64,000 nucleotides of DNA from Candidatus Omnitrophota bacterium (GTDB lineage Bacteria > CAIJMQ01): contig JAHJCU010000004.1 of NCBI GenBank assembly GCA_018812925.1, positions 244,289 through 308,288 of the forward strand. The letters run 5' to 3'. Numbering within the stretch: the first letter of the stretch is position 1; the number at the start of each line of letters is the position of its first letter. This document shows, piece after piece, positions 1 to 10,268 of the stretch. The translations under genes were made by a program, and so were the position numbers. The notes under the pieces are model-generated. The model was not told where the DNA came from. It worked only from the letters and a program-made list of their open reading frames with translations, and did not search any database.

Positions 1-432
1 CCAAAAATGAACAGCAAGGTCTTCTTCATTTCCATCATTAGCCATTTTCAACCAACCTGCCGCTTTGGATAATTCACCTTTTAGAAAATAAACATAACCC
101 ATACCTTTGCAAGCACGCCAATCGTTGGAAGATAAAGAAAGCGCCTTTTCAAAATTTAAAAGCGCTTTGTCTTCTTCGCCTTTAATAATATTCACATTTG
201 CAAGTTCTATACGCGCCTTTACCGAACGGGGATTAAGAGCGATTTCCTTTGTGTACATTTCCTTAGCTATATCGAACCGACTTTGTTTTAGATTAATATC
301 TCCAAGCCCTAAATGCGCGCCTCTTATCTTCGGGTCTTGGACAAGCGCTTTTTTTAAATAATCTTCCGCTTTTTCCAATTGACCTTTAAGTTGACAGGTC
401 AGCCCAATATCCAATAGTTCTTCTGCATTCAT
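1..432 (-). CDS. Tetratricopeptide-repeat protein, 3' end runs off the window
   Basis: Not in the ORF track. Manual translation from ATG at 432: MNAEELLDIGLTCQLKGQLEKAEDYLKKALVQDPKIRGAHLGLGDI..., repeated TPR pattern, open to base 1. Confidence 0.8.
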   Translation of the reverse strand, partial: MNAEELLDIGLTCQLKGQLEKAEDYLKKALVQDPKIRGAHLGLGDINLKQSRFDIAKEMYTKEIALNPRSVKARIELANVNIIKGEEDKALLNFEKALSLSSNDWRACKGMGYVYFLKGELSKAAGWLKMANDGNEEDLAVHFW

Positions 433-460
433 AATAATCTTGATTAGTTTTTTAGAAGTT

Positions 461-630
461 AATTACCATTTACTATTTACCCGAAGCACTCCTGTTGGAG
501 TGCGAAGTCCCCCCTGCTAGTTTTGCCCCGTGAAATTCGAAGAATTCCCTGCCCCTTGAAATTACATCCGCAATTTCTAAGGGTAAAAGCAAAACTAGGG
601 GGGATCGTTTATCCATTTACCAATTACGAG
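461..630. repeat. Nested palindromic repeats inside a TTACCAT-type 7-mer array
   Basis: 7-mers at 461-480 and 608-630 enclose CGAAG-hairpin units (482-604), which enclose a GCCCCGTG...TAAGGGTAAA element (525-587). Confidence 0.8.
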
Positions 631-652
631 TTTTTCATTTTACACTTTCTTA

Positions 653-1978
653 TTATATTTTTCTATTAAGAGCTGAAACCTTATCCCTTAATTTCCTTAT
701 ACTGCTAAACGAAAAGTTGCCCCGTATCAACGGTAATATAGTATCATTATGCCATAGCGGGTCTAAATTATCGTCTATTATTCCTTCATCTTTTAATATC
801 TTCTCATCCATTGTATGGGGAACAAGAGAATAGGTTACAAGTGTTATGTGAACTTTAAGGTTATGCAGAAATTTAATTCCTTCTTCAACTTCTTCTTGCT
901 TCTGATAAGGCATTCCTATCATCAGATATACTCCGATATCTTTACCGCTAAATCCGACACTTTTTAAATTTTCAACCGCTGTCTTGAATTCTTCGGTAGT
1001 AACTTTACCGCCTGTGTTTTTCTGGCGTATAGGATTAACCGTCTCAAAAGATAATGTTATAGTTTTGAAATTGGATTCTTTAAGTTTTTTAGCTAATTTT
1101 TTATCTATAAACCTTACGTGCAAACCATTTGGCGTATGAAAATTAACAGTAATACCCCTTCTCAAAACTCCGTCCAGAATGGGAATAATATGTTTATCGG
1201 CATTTACCAGTAGCGCATCATCATAAAAAGCAATATCTTTAACCCCGTATTTTTCACGGTAAAACTCAATTTCATCGACCACTTCTTTTGGTTGCCTTTG
1301 TACAAATTGTCCATGAAACAACTTGGAACCACAATAAGAACAATTAAAAGGGCATCCTTTAGAGGTCTCTACCACCAGGGAAGAAGTATCAGAGAGTAGA
1401 CTATATTCGGGATAAATATAGTACTTGGGAGATGCGATATTCTGACCTAAGATTGAGGACAACTGCACACAAACCGAAGACAAATCACTTCCTGAAATAA
1501 CATAACCTATTCCCTCTAAACTTTTTGCGTGTTCGGGAAGCAAGGTGGCGTATATACCACCCAAGAGAATCGGAACATCGGGGAATTCTCCTTTCAAAAA
1601 TTTTGCAGTATGTTCAACTCCTGGATACCAATATGTCATTCCCGAAGTCATAAAAATAAAGTCAGGTTTTAGAATATTTTTCACTTCTTCAATGGCAAGC
1701 TTTTCAGGTAACCCATAGATAGAATAAGGACGCTGGATATCTTTTATTGGCTCCGGTTTTTGAATTTTTCTTTTATAAAATTTACCGCAACCAAAACTAT
1801 CATTTCTCGCCAGATTTTTTATTTTGGGATGATTGCGGTTTAAAAAATCAATATACGAAAGATTACATCCGTGTGCTTTGAGCAGGGAGGCTATTCGTAA
1901 AAGTCCGACAGGCCTCATCCATAAATCATATGCCGCAAAATCACATATCCAGGGATTAACGAGTAGAATGTTTTTCAT
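653..1978 (-). CDS. B12-binding-domain radical SAM protein
   Basis: CxxxCxxC (GCPFNCSYC), N-terminal LLVNP...GGIYAT cobalamin-binding-like domain. Confidence 0.85.
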   Translation of the reverse strand: MKNILLVNPWICDFAAYDLWMRPVGLLRIASLLKAHGCNLSYIDFLNRNHPKIKNLARNDSFGCGKFYKRKIQKPEPIKDIQRPYSIYGLPEKLAIEEVKNILKPDFIFMTSGMTYWYPGVEHTAKFLKGEFPDVPILLGGIYATLLPEHAKSLEGIGYVISGSDLSSVCVQLSSILGQNIASPKYYIYPEYSLLSDTSSLVVETSKGCPFNCSYCGSKLFHGQFVQRQPKEVVDEIEFYREKYGVKDIAFYDDALLVNADKHIIPILDGVLRRGITVNFHTPNGLHVRFIDKKLAKKLKESNFKTITLSFETVNPIRQKNTGGKVTTEEFKTAVENLKSVGFSGKDIGVYLMIGMPYQKQEEVEEGIKFLHNLKVHITLVTYSLVPHTMDEKILKDEGIIDDNLDPLWHNDTILPLIRGNFSFSSIRKLRDKVSALNRKI

Positions 1979-1993
1979 AATAATTTAAAGATT

Positions 1994-2064
1994 GATGCTG
2001 GATGATAGATACTTGATACTAGTAAAAATCTTCTACCAGCAACTGAAATCTAGTATCTAGAATC
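1994..2064. repeat. Inverted 7-mer array (GATRCTA / TAGTATC type)
   Basis: GATGCTG GATGATA GATACTT GATACTA ... TCTAGTA TCTAGAA; same family at 52098-52189. Confidence 0.7.
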
Positions 2065-2111
2065 GTTTTTATTTTAAAAAATAGTTTATCATTTTGATAT
2101 AATTAAAAACA

Positions 2112-2711
2112 ATGGAAATAGTGCTGGCTACTCAAAACAGAGATAAAATAAAAGAGATTAGGGAAATCTTAAAAGGTATTCCCGTTAAACTCATAACTTT
2201 TGATGAACATTCGCGGGAACTTTGCGTTGAAGAAGACGGGAAAACACTGGAAGAAAATGCAATAAAAAAAGCAGAAGTATGGATGAAAGAGACCGAAAAA
2301 CCCGCCTTAGCAGACGATTCGGGACTTGAAGTAGATTATTTAAACGGAGCGCCTGGTGTATATTCATCGCGTTTTGCAGGAGAAAATGTAAATTATGCAG
2401 ACAATAATGTTAAATTATTAAAAATGATGGAAGGTGTGCCAGAAGAAAAAAGAACAGCTCGGTTTAGATGCATTGCCGCTTTAATATTTCCCGACGGGGG
2501 AAAAGAACTGTTTGAAGGAACAATAGAAGGAATAATCATAAATGCTCCCCGAGGCGAATCAGGTTTCGGCTATGACCCGATATTTCTTATACCCGAATAT
2601 AACAAAACATTTGCGGAACTTGGAGATGAAATAAAAAATAAAATTTCGCATAGGGCAATGGCTTTCAGCAAGTTTAGGAAATACCTTGAGATTTATTTAA
2701 ACAAGGGATAG
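2112..2711 (+). CDS. rdgB: RdgB/HAM1 non-canonical purine NTP pyrophosphatase
   Basis: ATQNRDK, ADDSGL, GAPGVYSSRF, GFGYDPIF, SHR motifs. Confidence 0.95.
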   Translation: MEIVLATQNRDKIKEIREILKGIPVKLITFDEHSRELCVEEDGKTLEENAIKKAEVWMKETEKPALADDSGLEVDYLNGAPGVYSSRFAGENVNYADNNVKLLKMMEGVPEEKRTARFRCIAALIFPDGGKELFEGTIEGIIINAPRGESGFGYDPIFLIPEYNKTFAELGDEIKNKISHRAMAFSKFRKYLEIYLNKG

Positions 2712-2744
2712 CTGATACATTGGTTAGATTTCGTAATTGGTAAC

Positions 2745-2814
2745 TCGCCCCGTGGAATCTAAAAGATTCCCGGGACCAAAGTCCTTGAGATTGCTCAGCA
2801 ATCTCTAAGGGTAA
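2745..2814. repeat. 70-bp double-hairpin element (family C)
   Basis: 69/70 identical to the reverse complement of 62637-62706; flanked by GTAATT/AATTAC 7-mer arrays. Confidence 0.9.
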
Positions 2815-2868
2815 ACTGTAATTCGTAATTTTTTAATTACCATTTACCATTTACTATTTGCGGGAATT

Positions 2869-3495
2869 ATGACTAAAATTAAAATCTGCGGTATAACAAA
2901 TCTGGAAGACGCGCTTTTTGCTGCATCACTTGGAGTAGATGCTCTCGGATTTGTATTTGCCAAAAGCAAGCGAAGAATAACTGCGGTGGATGCCAGCCAA
3001 ATAATCGATGAACTTCCGCAATCTGTGCTAAAAATAGGAGTATTTGTTAACGAAGAAGAACAAAGAGTGAGAGAGATACTTCAAGTCTGCCGCCTTAATA
3101 TGATCCAATTCCACGGCGATGAATCCCCCGAATATATATTGAAATTCAGAGAAGAAGTAATCAAATCTTTTAGAATAGAAAATGAAAATTCCTTAAAAGA
3201 TATTCCTAAATATAAAGCGATTGCATATCTTTTAGACACATATTCTAAAGAAAGTTATGGAGGTACAGGCGAAACATTCAACTGGGATTTGGCAGTCAAA
3301 GCCAAAAAATTCGGTCCGATAATCTTGGCAGGCGGTTTAACACCGGATAATGTTGTAGAAGCAATCAAGAAAGTCCAACCCTACGGCGTAGATGTTTCTT
3401 CAGGCGTCGAATCCTACCCCGGCAAAAAAGACCCGCAAAAGTTAGAAGAGTTTGTGAAGAGGGTGAGGGGGATTTCGAATACAGACATGACTTAA
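2869..3495 (+). CDS. trpF: Phosphoribosylanthranilate isomerase
   Basis: KIKICGIT, QFHGDE, GGTG, LAGGL, GVDVSSGVE, GKKD. Confidence 0.95.
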   Translation: MTKIKICGITNLEDALFAASLGVDALGFVFAKSKRRITAVDASQIIDELPQSVLKIGVFVNEEEQRVREILQVCRLNMIQFHGDESPEYILKFREEVIKSFRIENENSLKDIPKYKAIAYLLDTYSKESYGGTGETFNWDLAVKAKKFGPIILAGGLTPDNVVEAIKKVQPYGVDVSSGVESYPGKKDPQKLEEFVKRVRGISNTDMT

Positions 3496-4430
3496 GGGGA
3501 TTTTACTTGAATGGATTCATCTGAAATGCAATCTGCGATCTTGCGATAAACGGTAGTAATTTCATCCGTAATGTTCCACGCATAACTCAGAGCGTCAATC
3601 TGTTTTTCAGAAGAAAACTTTTTATGAGAATAAGCTTTAGGATTGTCAGGAAGAATAATAGATACTGCCCATAAGTTGTCCCCCAGATGGTTCATTATAG
3701 GTAAAAGCCAACCCGTCTTAGTTAAAGTATAATAATGTTGTATGCAATCTCGATACTCTTTTGCTTTTGCTCCATAATTTCCCCAACTTTCATTCAGTCT
3801 ATCAATCAATAGCTTAGGCAATAAATTTGAGCGCTTACATACAGCGAGGAATTTCTCAAAAGACCTAGGACAACCTTCTTTCTTGAAAAAGACAGACCAA
3901 AGAACTATGCGTATCATTTCATAACAGCGTATCGCAACAGTAATAAGAGCATCAAATTCGTAAAGTGGCTCACAAGTATGCATTGGAGCAAATGTTTGAC
4001 CTGTTTCTTCCCCTTCGAATCTACCTTTTGAATTAGCAAATCGCAAAGCAATATCACAATAACTATACGCTAATCTTTTACAGTGATATTCCAAAGCTCC
4101 CAAAACATAAACTAAGTCATGAAACTGCTCAACAGACAGACCTTTCTTGCCTATAAGCAACGTCTCAGCTTCGAAATATAGATCCAAACAGGATGGATTT
4201 GTTGGAGATAATAAATCTTCTTGAAACCCTTGAGGTACCCAAAAGGCTTTTAATAATGGGCGAAGACCATATTTCTTTTCTATAAGTTGTGGCTTCCATG
4301 GGACGAAATTTCCACCTCTTACCGAACGATAGTGCCATATACCATTATCATTTAAAACTACTTCGATTCCTTTTTCATAGATTATACGAATTAAGCCATA
4401 TTTTTCTTTGGCAATCTTTTTAGATACCAC
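3492..4430 (-). CDS. Hypothetical protein, possible HEPN-domain RNase
   Basis: 312 aa helical-looking ORF with R-x4-H motif (YRDCIQH); family assignment is inference. Confidence 0.55.
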   Translation of the reverse strand: MVSKKIAKEKYGLIRIIYEKGIEVVLNDNGIWHYRSVRGGNFVPWKPQLIEKKYGLRPLLKAFWVPQGFQEDLLSPTNPSCLDLYFEAETLLIGKKGLSVEQFHDLVYVLGALEYHCKRLAYSYCDIALRFANSKGRFEGEETGQTFAPMHTCEPLYEFDALITVAIRCYEMIRIVLWSVFFKKEGCPRSFEKFLAVCKRSNLLPKLLIDRLNESWGNYGAKAKEYRDCIQHYYTLTKTGWLLPIMNHLGDNLWAVSIILPDNPKAYSHKKFSSEKQIDALSYAWNITDEITTVYRKIADCISDESIQVKSP

Positions 4431-4478
4431 GATTTTAATTTATACTCCGCTGTATTCAAAAAATCAATTTTCAGGCGT

Positions 4479-4694
4479 TTATTTTTTGTTTTTGTCGACG
4501 ATATTAAATACAAAGGTGAGCAGTAGTGATATGGTCACGCTAATAATAACGGAAATCAATACAATATGCAGAAGACTTAATCCCATAGTAATGCCGACAC
4601 CTACTGAAACTCCACCTGCAACACCGGATGAAATTCCTGTAATCATACCCGCTCGCCTTTTTATATTTATGCTATCTTCCCGTTTCAGAAACAT
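4479..4694 (-). CDS. Small membrane protein
   Basis: 71 aa, Gly-rich plus hydrophobic segments, starts 3 nt after the upstream stop. Confidence 0.6.
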   Translation of the reverse strand: MFLKREDSINIKRRAGMITGISSGVAGGVSVGVGITMGLSLLHIVLISVIISVTISLLLTFVFNIVDKNKK

Positions 4695-4697
4695 TCT

Positions 4698-5117
4698 CTA
4701 TTCCTCCTTGATTCCTACTTTAGACCTAAGCGACTTTTTATCTGACTGTTTGTGTTTTGCCTCAAGCATCTTTTCTTTGGCGCGTTTGGAGCGTCTGCGT
4801 TTTTGTCTGCGGATTTTTTCAATGCGTTTTCTTTCCGCCGCAACAAAGCCTTTTTGTTTTTTTTCGATTAAATCAAGAATGCGTCTTCGCGCAAGGAGAC
4901 GGTTTAGCACTTGACTACGCGTTTCCTGGCATTTGACAGAAAGCCCTGTAGGAATATGGGTTAGTACAACGCAGGTTGAGGTTTTGTTGACATTTTGTCC
5001 GCCAGGGCCGGATGAACGGATAAATTTTTCTTCCATGTCGCTTTCTTTAACTCCGAGTTGCACCATACGCTTATCAAGTTCTTGCTGTTTTCCTGAAGAG
5101 ACATTGAATTGATTCAT
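4698..5117 (-). CDS. ArfB-like peptidyl-tRNA hydrolase (class I release factor domain)
   Basis: SSGPGGQNVNK GGQ motif, RSQ..NR, long basic C-terminal tail. Confidence 0.85.
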   Translation of the reverse strand: MNQFNVSSGKQQELDKRMVQLGVKESDMEEKFIRSSGPGGQNVNKTSTCVVLTHIPTGLSVKCQETRSQVLNRLLARRRILDLIEKKQKGFVAAERKRIEKIRRQKRRRSKRAKEKMLEAKHKQSDKKSLRSKVGIKEE

Positions 5118-5160
5118 TTGGAATGTATTATTCTAATTAACGCTATAGATTGCCCTGATT

Positions 5161-6354
5161 TCATCTCCTACCTATTTGGGAAAGAATTTTCATGTGCGGC
5201 TGGAAAATCATATCGTAAATATCCATAGCGTAACGGTCGGTCATACCTGAGATATAATCCGATATATATATTAATTCTTCCTTTTTGTTTTTTCTTATTC
5301 TTTCCTGCACATTTATAGGTAGAAGTTCGCGTTTATCTTTGAATTTGTTGAATAGCCGTCTTATTATTTCCCTGCCTTTTTCTATCATTAAAAGCACATT
5401 GGGATGCTGATACATCTCTTTCTCAAGTATATTTCTCAGTTGATTAAAATCTTCTATTTCATCTTTAGCAAAGCCGACTATGGGATGGGATAATTTTCTA
5501 ATATCAAGACAACTGTTTACTTTTTTCTTCTGCAGGTTTTCATAAGTCTGGGTCAGGACTTTCACATTGCAATATTCAATTAAATGTCTTACAGACCTGC
5601 GATATATAAGTTCTTTGTTTTGGGAACCTACTTCTTTTTTAGCTTTGGTAAAAACTTTTTTCCACAGCAGGTTACCGGATTCATTTAAAATATCGTCGGT
5701 TATAAGCCCCACCCTTAATCCGTCGTCCAAATCATGAGCCAAAAAAGCCAGTTCATCTGCCACTGAAACAATTTGAGCTTCTATACTTGGCTGGGGAAAG
5801 CGTAAAAATTCTTTTGGAGATGTAAATTTATCATAAGCGGTTAAATGACGCGCAATACCTTCTCTTACTTCCCATGTAAGATTTAAACCATCAAAATCAA
5901 CATATCTTTTTTCCAGTTTGTCCACAATGCGAAGACCTTGAAGATTATGGTTAAACCCACCGTTGGCTTTCATTAGTTCGCACAACTCTGCTTCCCCTGC
6001 ATGTCCAAAAGGCGTATGCCCAATATCGTGCGCAAGAGCAATAACTTCCACTAAATCTTCATTTACTTTCAAGGTTCTGGCCAAAGTTCGGGCGTGTTGC
6101 ATAACTTCTATCGTATGAGTAAGCCGTGTACGGTAAAAATCGGCTTCATCAATAAGGAAAACCTGTGTTTTATATTGAAGTCTTCTAAAAGCCGAGGAAT
6201 AGATTATTCTATCTCTGTCTCTTTGAAAGGCACTGCGATAAAAATCTTTACCTTCTTTAAAATGTCTTTTTGCGTTTTTGCTTTTGGAACTATACGAAGC
6301 CAACATATCTTCTGCTGATTCAATTCTTTCCCTGATAGATTCTTTTTTTGACAT
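5161..6354 (-). CDS. dgt: Deoxyguanosinetriphosphate triphosphohydrolase
   Basis: FQRDRDRI, FRRLQYKTQV, RTRLTHT, AHDIGHTPFGHAGE, DYISGMTD. Confidence 0.93.
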   Translation of the reverse strand: MSKKESIRERIESAEDMLASYSSKSKNAKRHFKEGKDFYRSAFQRDRDRIIYSSAFRRLQYKTQVFLIDEADFYRTRLTHTIEVMQHARTLARTLKVNEDLVEVIALAHDIGHTPFGHAGEAELCELMKANGGFNHNLQGLRIVDKLEKRYVDFDGLNLTWEVREGIARHLTAYDKFTSPKEFLRFPQPSIEAQIVSVADELAFLAHDLDDGLRVGLITDDILNESGNLLWKKVFTKAKKEVGSQNKELIYRRSVRHLIEYCNVKVLTQTYENLQKKKVNSCLDIRKLSHPIVGFAKDEIEDFNQLRNILEKEMYQHPNVLLMIEKGREIIRRLFNKFKDKRELLPINVQERIRKNKKEELIYISDYISGMTDRYAMDIYDMIFQPHMKILSQIGRR

Positions 6355-6359
6355 GTCTT

Positions 6360-6388
6360 ATTGTAAGAAGATACTGTTTTATTGTCAA
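6360..6388 (-). promoter_or_regulatory. Sigma70 promoter of dgt, probably leaderless
   Basis: TTGACA (6388-6383), 17 nt, TACAAT (6365-6360); ATG 5 nt downstream, no SD. Confidence 0.7.
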
Positions 6389-6500
6389 ACCCCGCTGTCC
6401 CCGTTAAACTCTTTGAAATGAGTTCCCACGCCTCGGCTAAACAAAAAGCGGTTGTCTATGAAATATTCATCTGTTATAATGCCCGAAAATAGGGTTTAAA

Positions 6501-8447
6501 ATGGGAAAAAGAGAAAATTTTAAAAAGAAGGTTGCGCAAAAGAGTCGCGGGACGTTTCCACGAGCTCTTGTATTAGGAATTCTAATTTTTGGATTATTCC
6601 TGTATATGCTCAGTATGTTTAACCTAAATAAAGAAGAAATAATTCCGGTTACATATTCAGAATTCATACAACAGGTAAAAGATGGGAACATAGCCTCTGC
6701 AGTTGTTATAGAAAAGATTACCAGAGGAAGAGATATAAAAGGTGTTTTTACTTCTGGCAAATCTTTTGCTGTTTATGCGCCCGAAGACCCTGTATTATTT
6801 AAACTTCTCGATGAATATAATGTTAGTTATGACGCAAAGCCGGAAGATACGATATTAAAACAGATTCTTTCATTTCTTCCGTTTCTCCTATTTATCCTCT
6901 TTATATGGTTTTTTGTTTTTCGCCAAATGCAATCCACAGGCAATAAAGCGTTATCATTTGGCAAAAGCAGAGCCCGAATGGCTACAAACGATAAGCAGAA
7001 AGTGACTTTTAAAGATGTGGCAGGGGTAGATGAAGCAAAAGAAGAATTACAGGAAATTATAGATTTCTTAAAAAGCCCCCAAAAGTTTCAGAAATTGGGC
7101 GGTAAAATACCAAAAGGTGTTCTTATAGTAGGACAACCAGGTACAGGGAAAACATTATTGGCAAAAGCAATAGCAGGAGAAGCCAATGTTCCTTTCTTTT
7201 CTATATCCGGTTCAGATTTTGTGGAAATGTTCGTAGGGGTGGGAGCAGCCAGAGTGAGAGACCTATTTGAAAAAGCTAAAAAACAATCTCCTTCTATTAT
7301 TTTTGTGGATGAGATAGATGCGGTAGGAAGACAAAGAGGAGCTGGATTTGGTGGAGGACATGATGAAAGAGAACAGACTCTAAATCAGTTGCTCTCTGAA
7401 ATGGACGGTTTTGATACAAAAGCAGGTGTAATTATGATTGCTGCAACAAACAGACCCGACGTTTTAGACCCTGCACTTCTTCGCCCCGGCAGATTTGATA
7501 GACATATCGTAGTTGATATGCCCGATATAAAGGGAAGAGAAGAAATCATGCAAATCCACACCAGAGAAGTTAAATTGGGTAAAGATGTAGATTTGAAATT
7601 AATTGCGCGGCAGACACCCGGTTTCTCTGGAGCTGACTTGGCAAACCTCGTAAACGAAGCAGCTCTACTTGCCGCAAGAAGAAATAAACAAATGGTCAGC
7701 AATAACGAACTGGAAGAATCTATTTACAGAGTTATGGCTGGGCCCGAAAGAAAGAGCAGAGTTATATCTGAACATGAGAAGAAGTTGATAGCCTATCATG
7801 AATCCGGCCATGCTCTTATTGCTCATCTCTTGCCATTTGCAGATCCTGTTCATAAAATTTCCATCATTCCCCGGGGTATTGCTGCACTTGGATATACTTT
7901 GCAATTACCTCTTGAAGATAGATTTATAATGACAAAGAGCGAGATACTGGAAAAAATTACTGTCCTTATGGGCGGCAGAATAGCAGAGAATATATTTTTT
8001 AACGAGAGCACCACAGGAGCAAAAAGTGATTTAAAGGTAGCTACAGAAACAGTGCAGAAGATGATAACAGAATATGGAATGAGCGAGAAATTGGGTCCTA
8101 TAACCTTAGGTAAAAGTGATGAACTGGTATTCCTGGGCCGAGATTTCTCCAGAGAGAGAAATTTTTCGGAAGCTGTGGCTTCAGAAATAGATGAGGAAAT
8201 ACGAAGGATAATCAATGAATGTTACAAAAGAGGAGAAGATATTATAAAAAATAATAAAGCAAAAATAGAGAAATTAGTAAAAATACTACTCACAAAAGAA
8301 GTTTTGGATGCCGAAGAAATAGAAAAAATATTGGGCAAGTCTCCTAAAAAGAATTCTTTGCCTCTAACAAACTCAAAGCTATCAGGCAAAGAACAAAAAA
8401 CAAAAGTAATAGAGCCGCCCGTGATTCGCCAAAACGAGAAGGTTTAA
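6501..8447 (+). CDS. ftsH: ATP-dependent zinc metalloprotease FtsH
   Basis: Two TM segments, GQPGTGKT Walker A, SRH (LLRPGRFDR), HESGH. Confidence 0.97.
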   Translation: MGKRENFKKKVAQKSRGTFPRALVLGILIFGLFLYMLSMFNLNKEEIIPVTYSEFIQQVKDGNIASAVVIEKITRGRDIKGVFTSGKSFAVYAPEDPVLFKLLDEYNVSYDAKPEDTILKQILSFLPFLLFILFIWFFVFRQMQSTGNKALSFGKSRARMATNDKQKVTFKDVAGVDEAKEELQEIIDFLKSPQKFQKLGGKIPKGVLIVGQPGTGKTLLAKAIAGEANVPFFSISGSDFVEMFVGVGAARVRDLFEKAKKQSPSIIFVDEIDAVGRQRGAGFGGGHDEREQTLNQLLSEMDGFDTKAGVIMIAATNRPDVLDPALLRPGRFDRHIVVDMPDIKGREEIMQIHTREVKLGKDVDLKLIARQTPGFSGADLANLVNEAALLAARRNKQMVSNNELEESIYRVMAGPERKSRVISEHEKKLIAYHESGHALIAHLLPFADPVHKISIIPRGIAALGYTLQLPLEDRFIMTKSEILEKITVLMGGRIAENIFFNESTTGAKSDLKVATETVQKMITEYGMSEKLGPITLGKSDELVFLGRDFSRERNFSEAVASEIDEEIRRIINECYKRGEDIIKNNKAKIEKLVKILLTKEVLDAEEIEKILGKSPKKNSLPLTNSKLSGKEQKTKVIEPPVIRQNEKV

Positions 8448-8469
8448 AAAATCCATTATCTTCAATACA

Positions 8470-9339
8470 ATGGTTTGTCTTAAATGCGGTCGATATAATC
8501 TCAATTTAGAATCAAAAACCCATCTGATGGGGATTTTAAACATAACACCTGATTCGTTCTATGACGGCGGAAAATATTCATCTCTATCACAAACAGAAAA
8601 AAGAGCAATACAGATAGAAGAAGACGGAGCGGATATAATCGATATAGGAGGAGTTTCCACGCGCCCCGGTTCACAACCTCCCAGCGAAGAAGAAGAAACA
8701 AAAAGAGTCATCCCCTTAATCAAAAAAATAATCAAAAAAATAAATATTCCAATCTCTATCGATACTTATCGCGCAGAAGTGGCAAGAAAAGCGCTGGATT
8801 TAGGCGTAAGTATTGTGAACGATGTTACTGCTCTTAACGGTGATAAAAAAATGGTTGAAGTTGTTGCCGAATATAATGTCCCAATTATTTTAATGCACAT
8901 GAAAGGGGAACCTTGCAAGATGCAGAAAAATCCTTACTACAAAAATGTAATACAAGAAATAAGTCAATTTTTAAAAGAAAGAATTGATTTTTCTCTTGCG
9001 CGTGGCATAAAGAAAGAAAACATACTCATTGACCCCGGGATAGGATTTGGGAAAAGATTAGAAGATAATCTTGAAATCATAAGCAAGTTAAAAGAATTCG
9101 GCGGGTTAGGAAAACCTATCGTCCTTGGAGTTTCAAGGAAATCTTTTATAGGCAAGGTGCTTGATTTGCCGATAGAAGAACGACTTTTGGGCACTGCCGC
9201 ATCTGTAACAGCGGCAATTATGAACGGAGCCAATATTTTAAGAGTTCACGACATAGCCGAAATGTCTCAGGTAATCAAAATGACAGATGTGATACTACGA
9301 CCAAAGACTAAAGACTGTAGACCTAAGACTAGCAACTAA
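8470..9339 (+). CDS. folP: Dihydropteroate synthase
   Basis: MGILNITPDSF, DIGGVSTRPG, DPGIGFGK, SRKSF, RVHD; follows ftsH. Confidence 0.95.
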   Translation: MVCLKCGRYNLNLESKTHLMGILNITPDSFYDGGKYSSLSQTEKRAIQIEEDGADIIDIGGVSTRPGSQPPSEEEETKRVIPLIKKIIKKINIPISIDTYRAEVARKALDLGVSIVNDVTALNGDKKMVEVVAEYNVPIILMHMKGEPCKMQKNPYYKNVIQEISQFLKERIDFSLARGIKKENILIDPGIGFGKRLEDNLEIISKLKEFGGLGKPIVLGVSRKSFIGKVLDLPIEERLLGTAASVTAAIMNGANILRVHDIAEMSQVIKMTDVILRPKTKDCRPKTSN

Positions 9340-9396
9340 AAATATGTTGCTTGTGTTTTGTAGGTCTTGAGTCTGTTGTCTTCAGTCTATAGTCTA
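9301..9396. repeat. Inverted 7-mer array (AGACT / AGTCT), left arm translated as the FolP C-terminus
   Basis: CCAAAGA CTAAAGA CTGTAGA CCTAAGA CT ... GGTCTTG AGTCTGT TGTCTTC AGTCTAT AGTCTAT. Confidence 0.75.
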
Positions 9397-9403
9397 TATT
9401 TAA

Positions 9404-10090
9404 ATGATACCTTTAAAAAACGATATCCCAAGAAATACTTTCCCTTTAATAGTCTTACTACTTATTCTAATTAATATCCTTCTTTTCTTTCATGAAATAT
9501 CTTTGGGAAAATCTTTAGAGTTATTTATAAAAAATTACGGCGTCATACCTGTAAATTTCTTTTCCAACAAAGCCGACTTATTTTCGAGGGGCTATACTTT
9601 AATTACCTCAATTTTTCTTCACGGAAGTTGGCTGCATCTTTTTGGAAATATGTGGTTTTTATGGATTTTTGGTAAAAACATAGAAGACAGGCTTGGGCAT
9701 CTGCGCTACATAATTTTTTATTTGGGATGCGGGATAGCAGGAGGATTGGCGCATATTTATGTCAATCCCGCTTCAGCTATACCGACTATAGGAGCTTCGG
9801 GAGCAATCTCGGGTATTCTCGGCGCTTATTTTATTCTTTATCCTTTTGCGCGCATTCTTACTGCAGTGCCAATTTTCTTCTTTTTTTATTTTATAAAACT
9901 CCCTGCTTTCTTTTTTTTAGGACTATGGTTTCTTATACAGTTTTTTTCGGGAACATCGTCTATATTAACCGAACCAACCTCAATGGGAGAAGTCGCCTGG
10001 TGGGCGCACGTAGGAGGTTTTGCTGCCGGTATAATTCTTGTCCCGTTTTTTTTAATAGGAAGAAAAAAGCCTGCCCGCTCGTTTACATAA
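9404..10090 (+). CDS. Rhomboid intramembrane serine protease
   Basis: HGSWLHLFGNM, GASG, AHVGG motifs. Confidence 0.93.
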   Translation: MIPLKNDIPRNTFPLIVLLLILINILLFFHEISLGKSLELFIKNYGVIPVNFFSNKADLFSRGYTLITSIFLHGSWLHLFGNMWFLWIFGKNIEDRLGHLRYIIFYLGCGIAGGLAHIYVNPASAIPTIGASGAISGILGAYFILYPFARILTAVPIFFFFYFIKLPAFFFLGLWFLIQFFSGTSSILTEPTSMGEVAWWAHVGGFAAGIILVPFFLIGRKKPARSFT

Positions 10091-10131
10091 ACAAGCAGGC
10101 AGGAAAAGTAAAACAAAATAATTAATTGTTT

Positions 10132-10268
10132 ACCCCGTTTAGAGATAAAAAAAAAACAAACAAAAGGTCAAATCCCACTTAAAATTGTAAAAGCTGACGA
10201 GAAGACAGCGATATTACAGATAAGTTACGGTCGCCATTGTATATGTGGCGACCTATCTCTAACGGAGT
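10132..10268. mobile_element. MITE-like element (family A)
   Basis: Terminal inverted repeats ACCCCGTTTAGAGATA / TATCTCTAACGGAGT and subterminal hairpin GGTCGCCA...TGGCGACC; same ends at 25069-25190. Confidence 0.7.

Noticed and set aside
5161..6354. dgt as a dedicated antiphage dGTPase
   Set aside because: Size and motifs fit the common housekeeping-type enzyme next to ftsH; no sequence evidence for a defence role.
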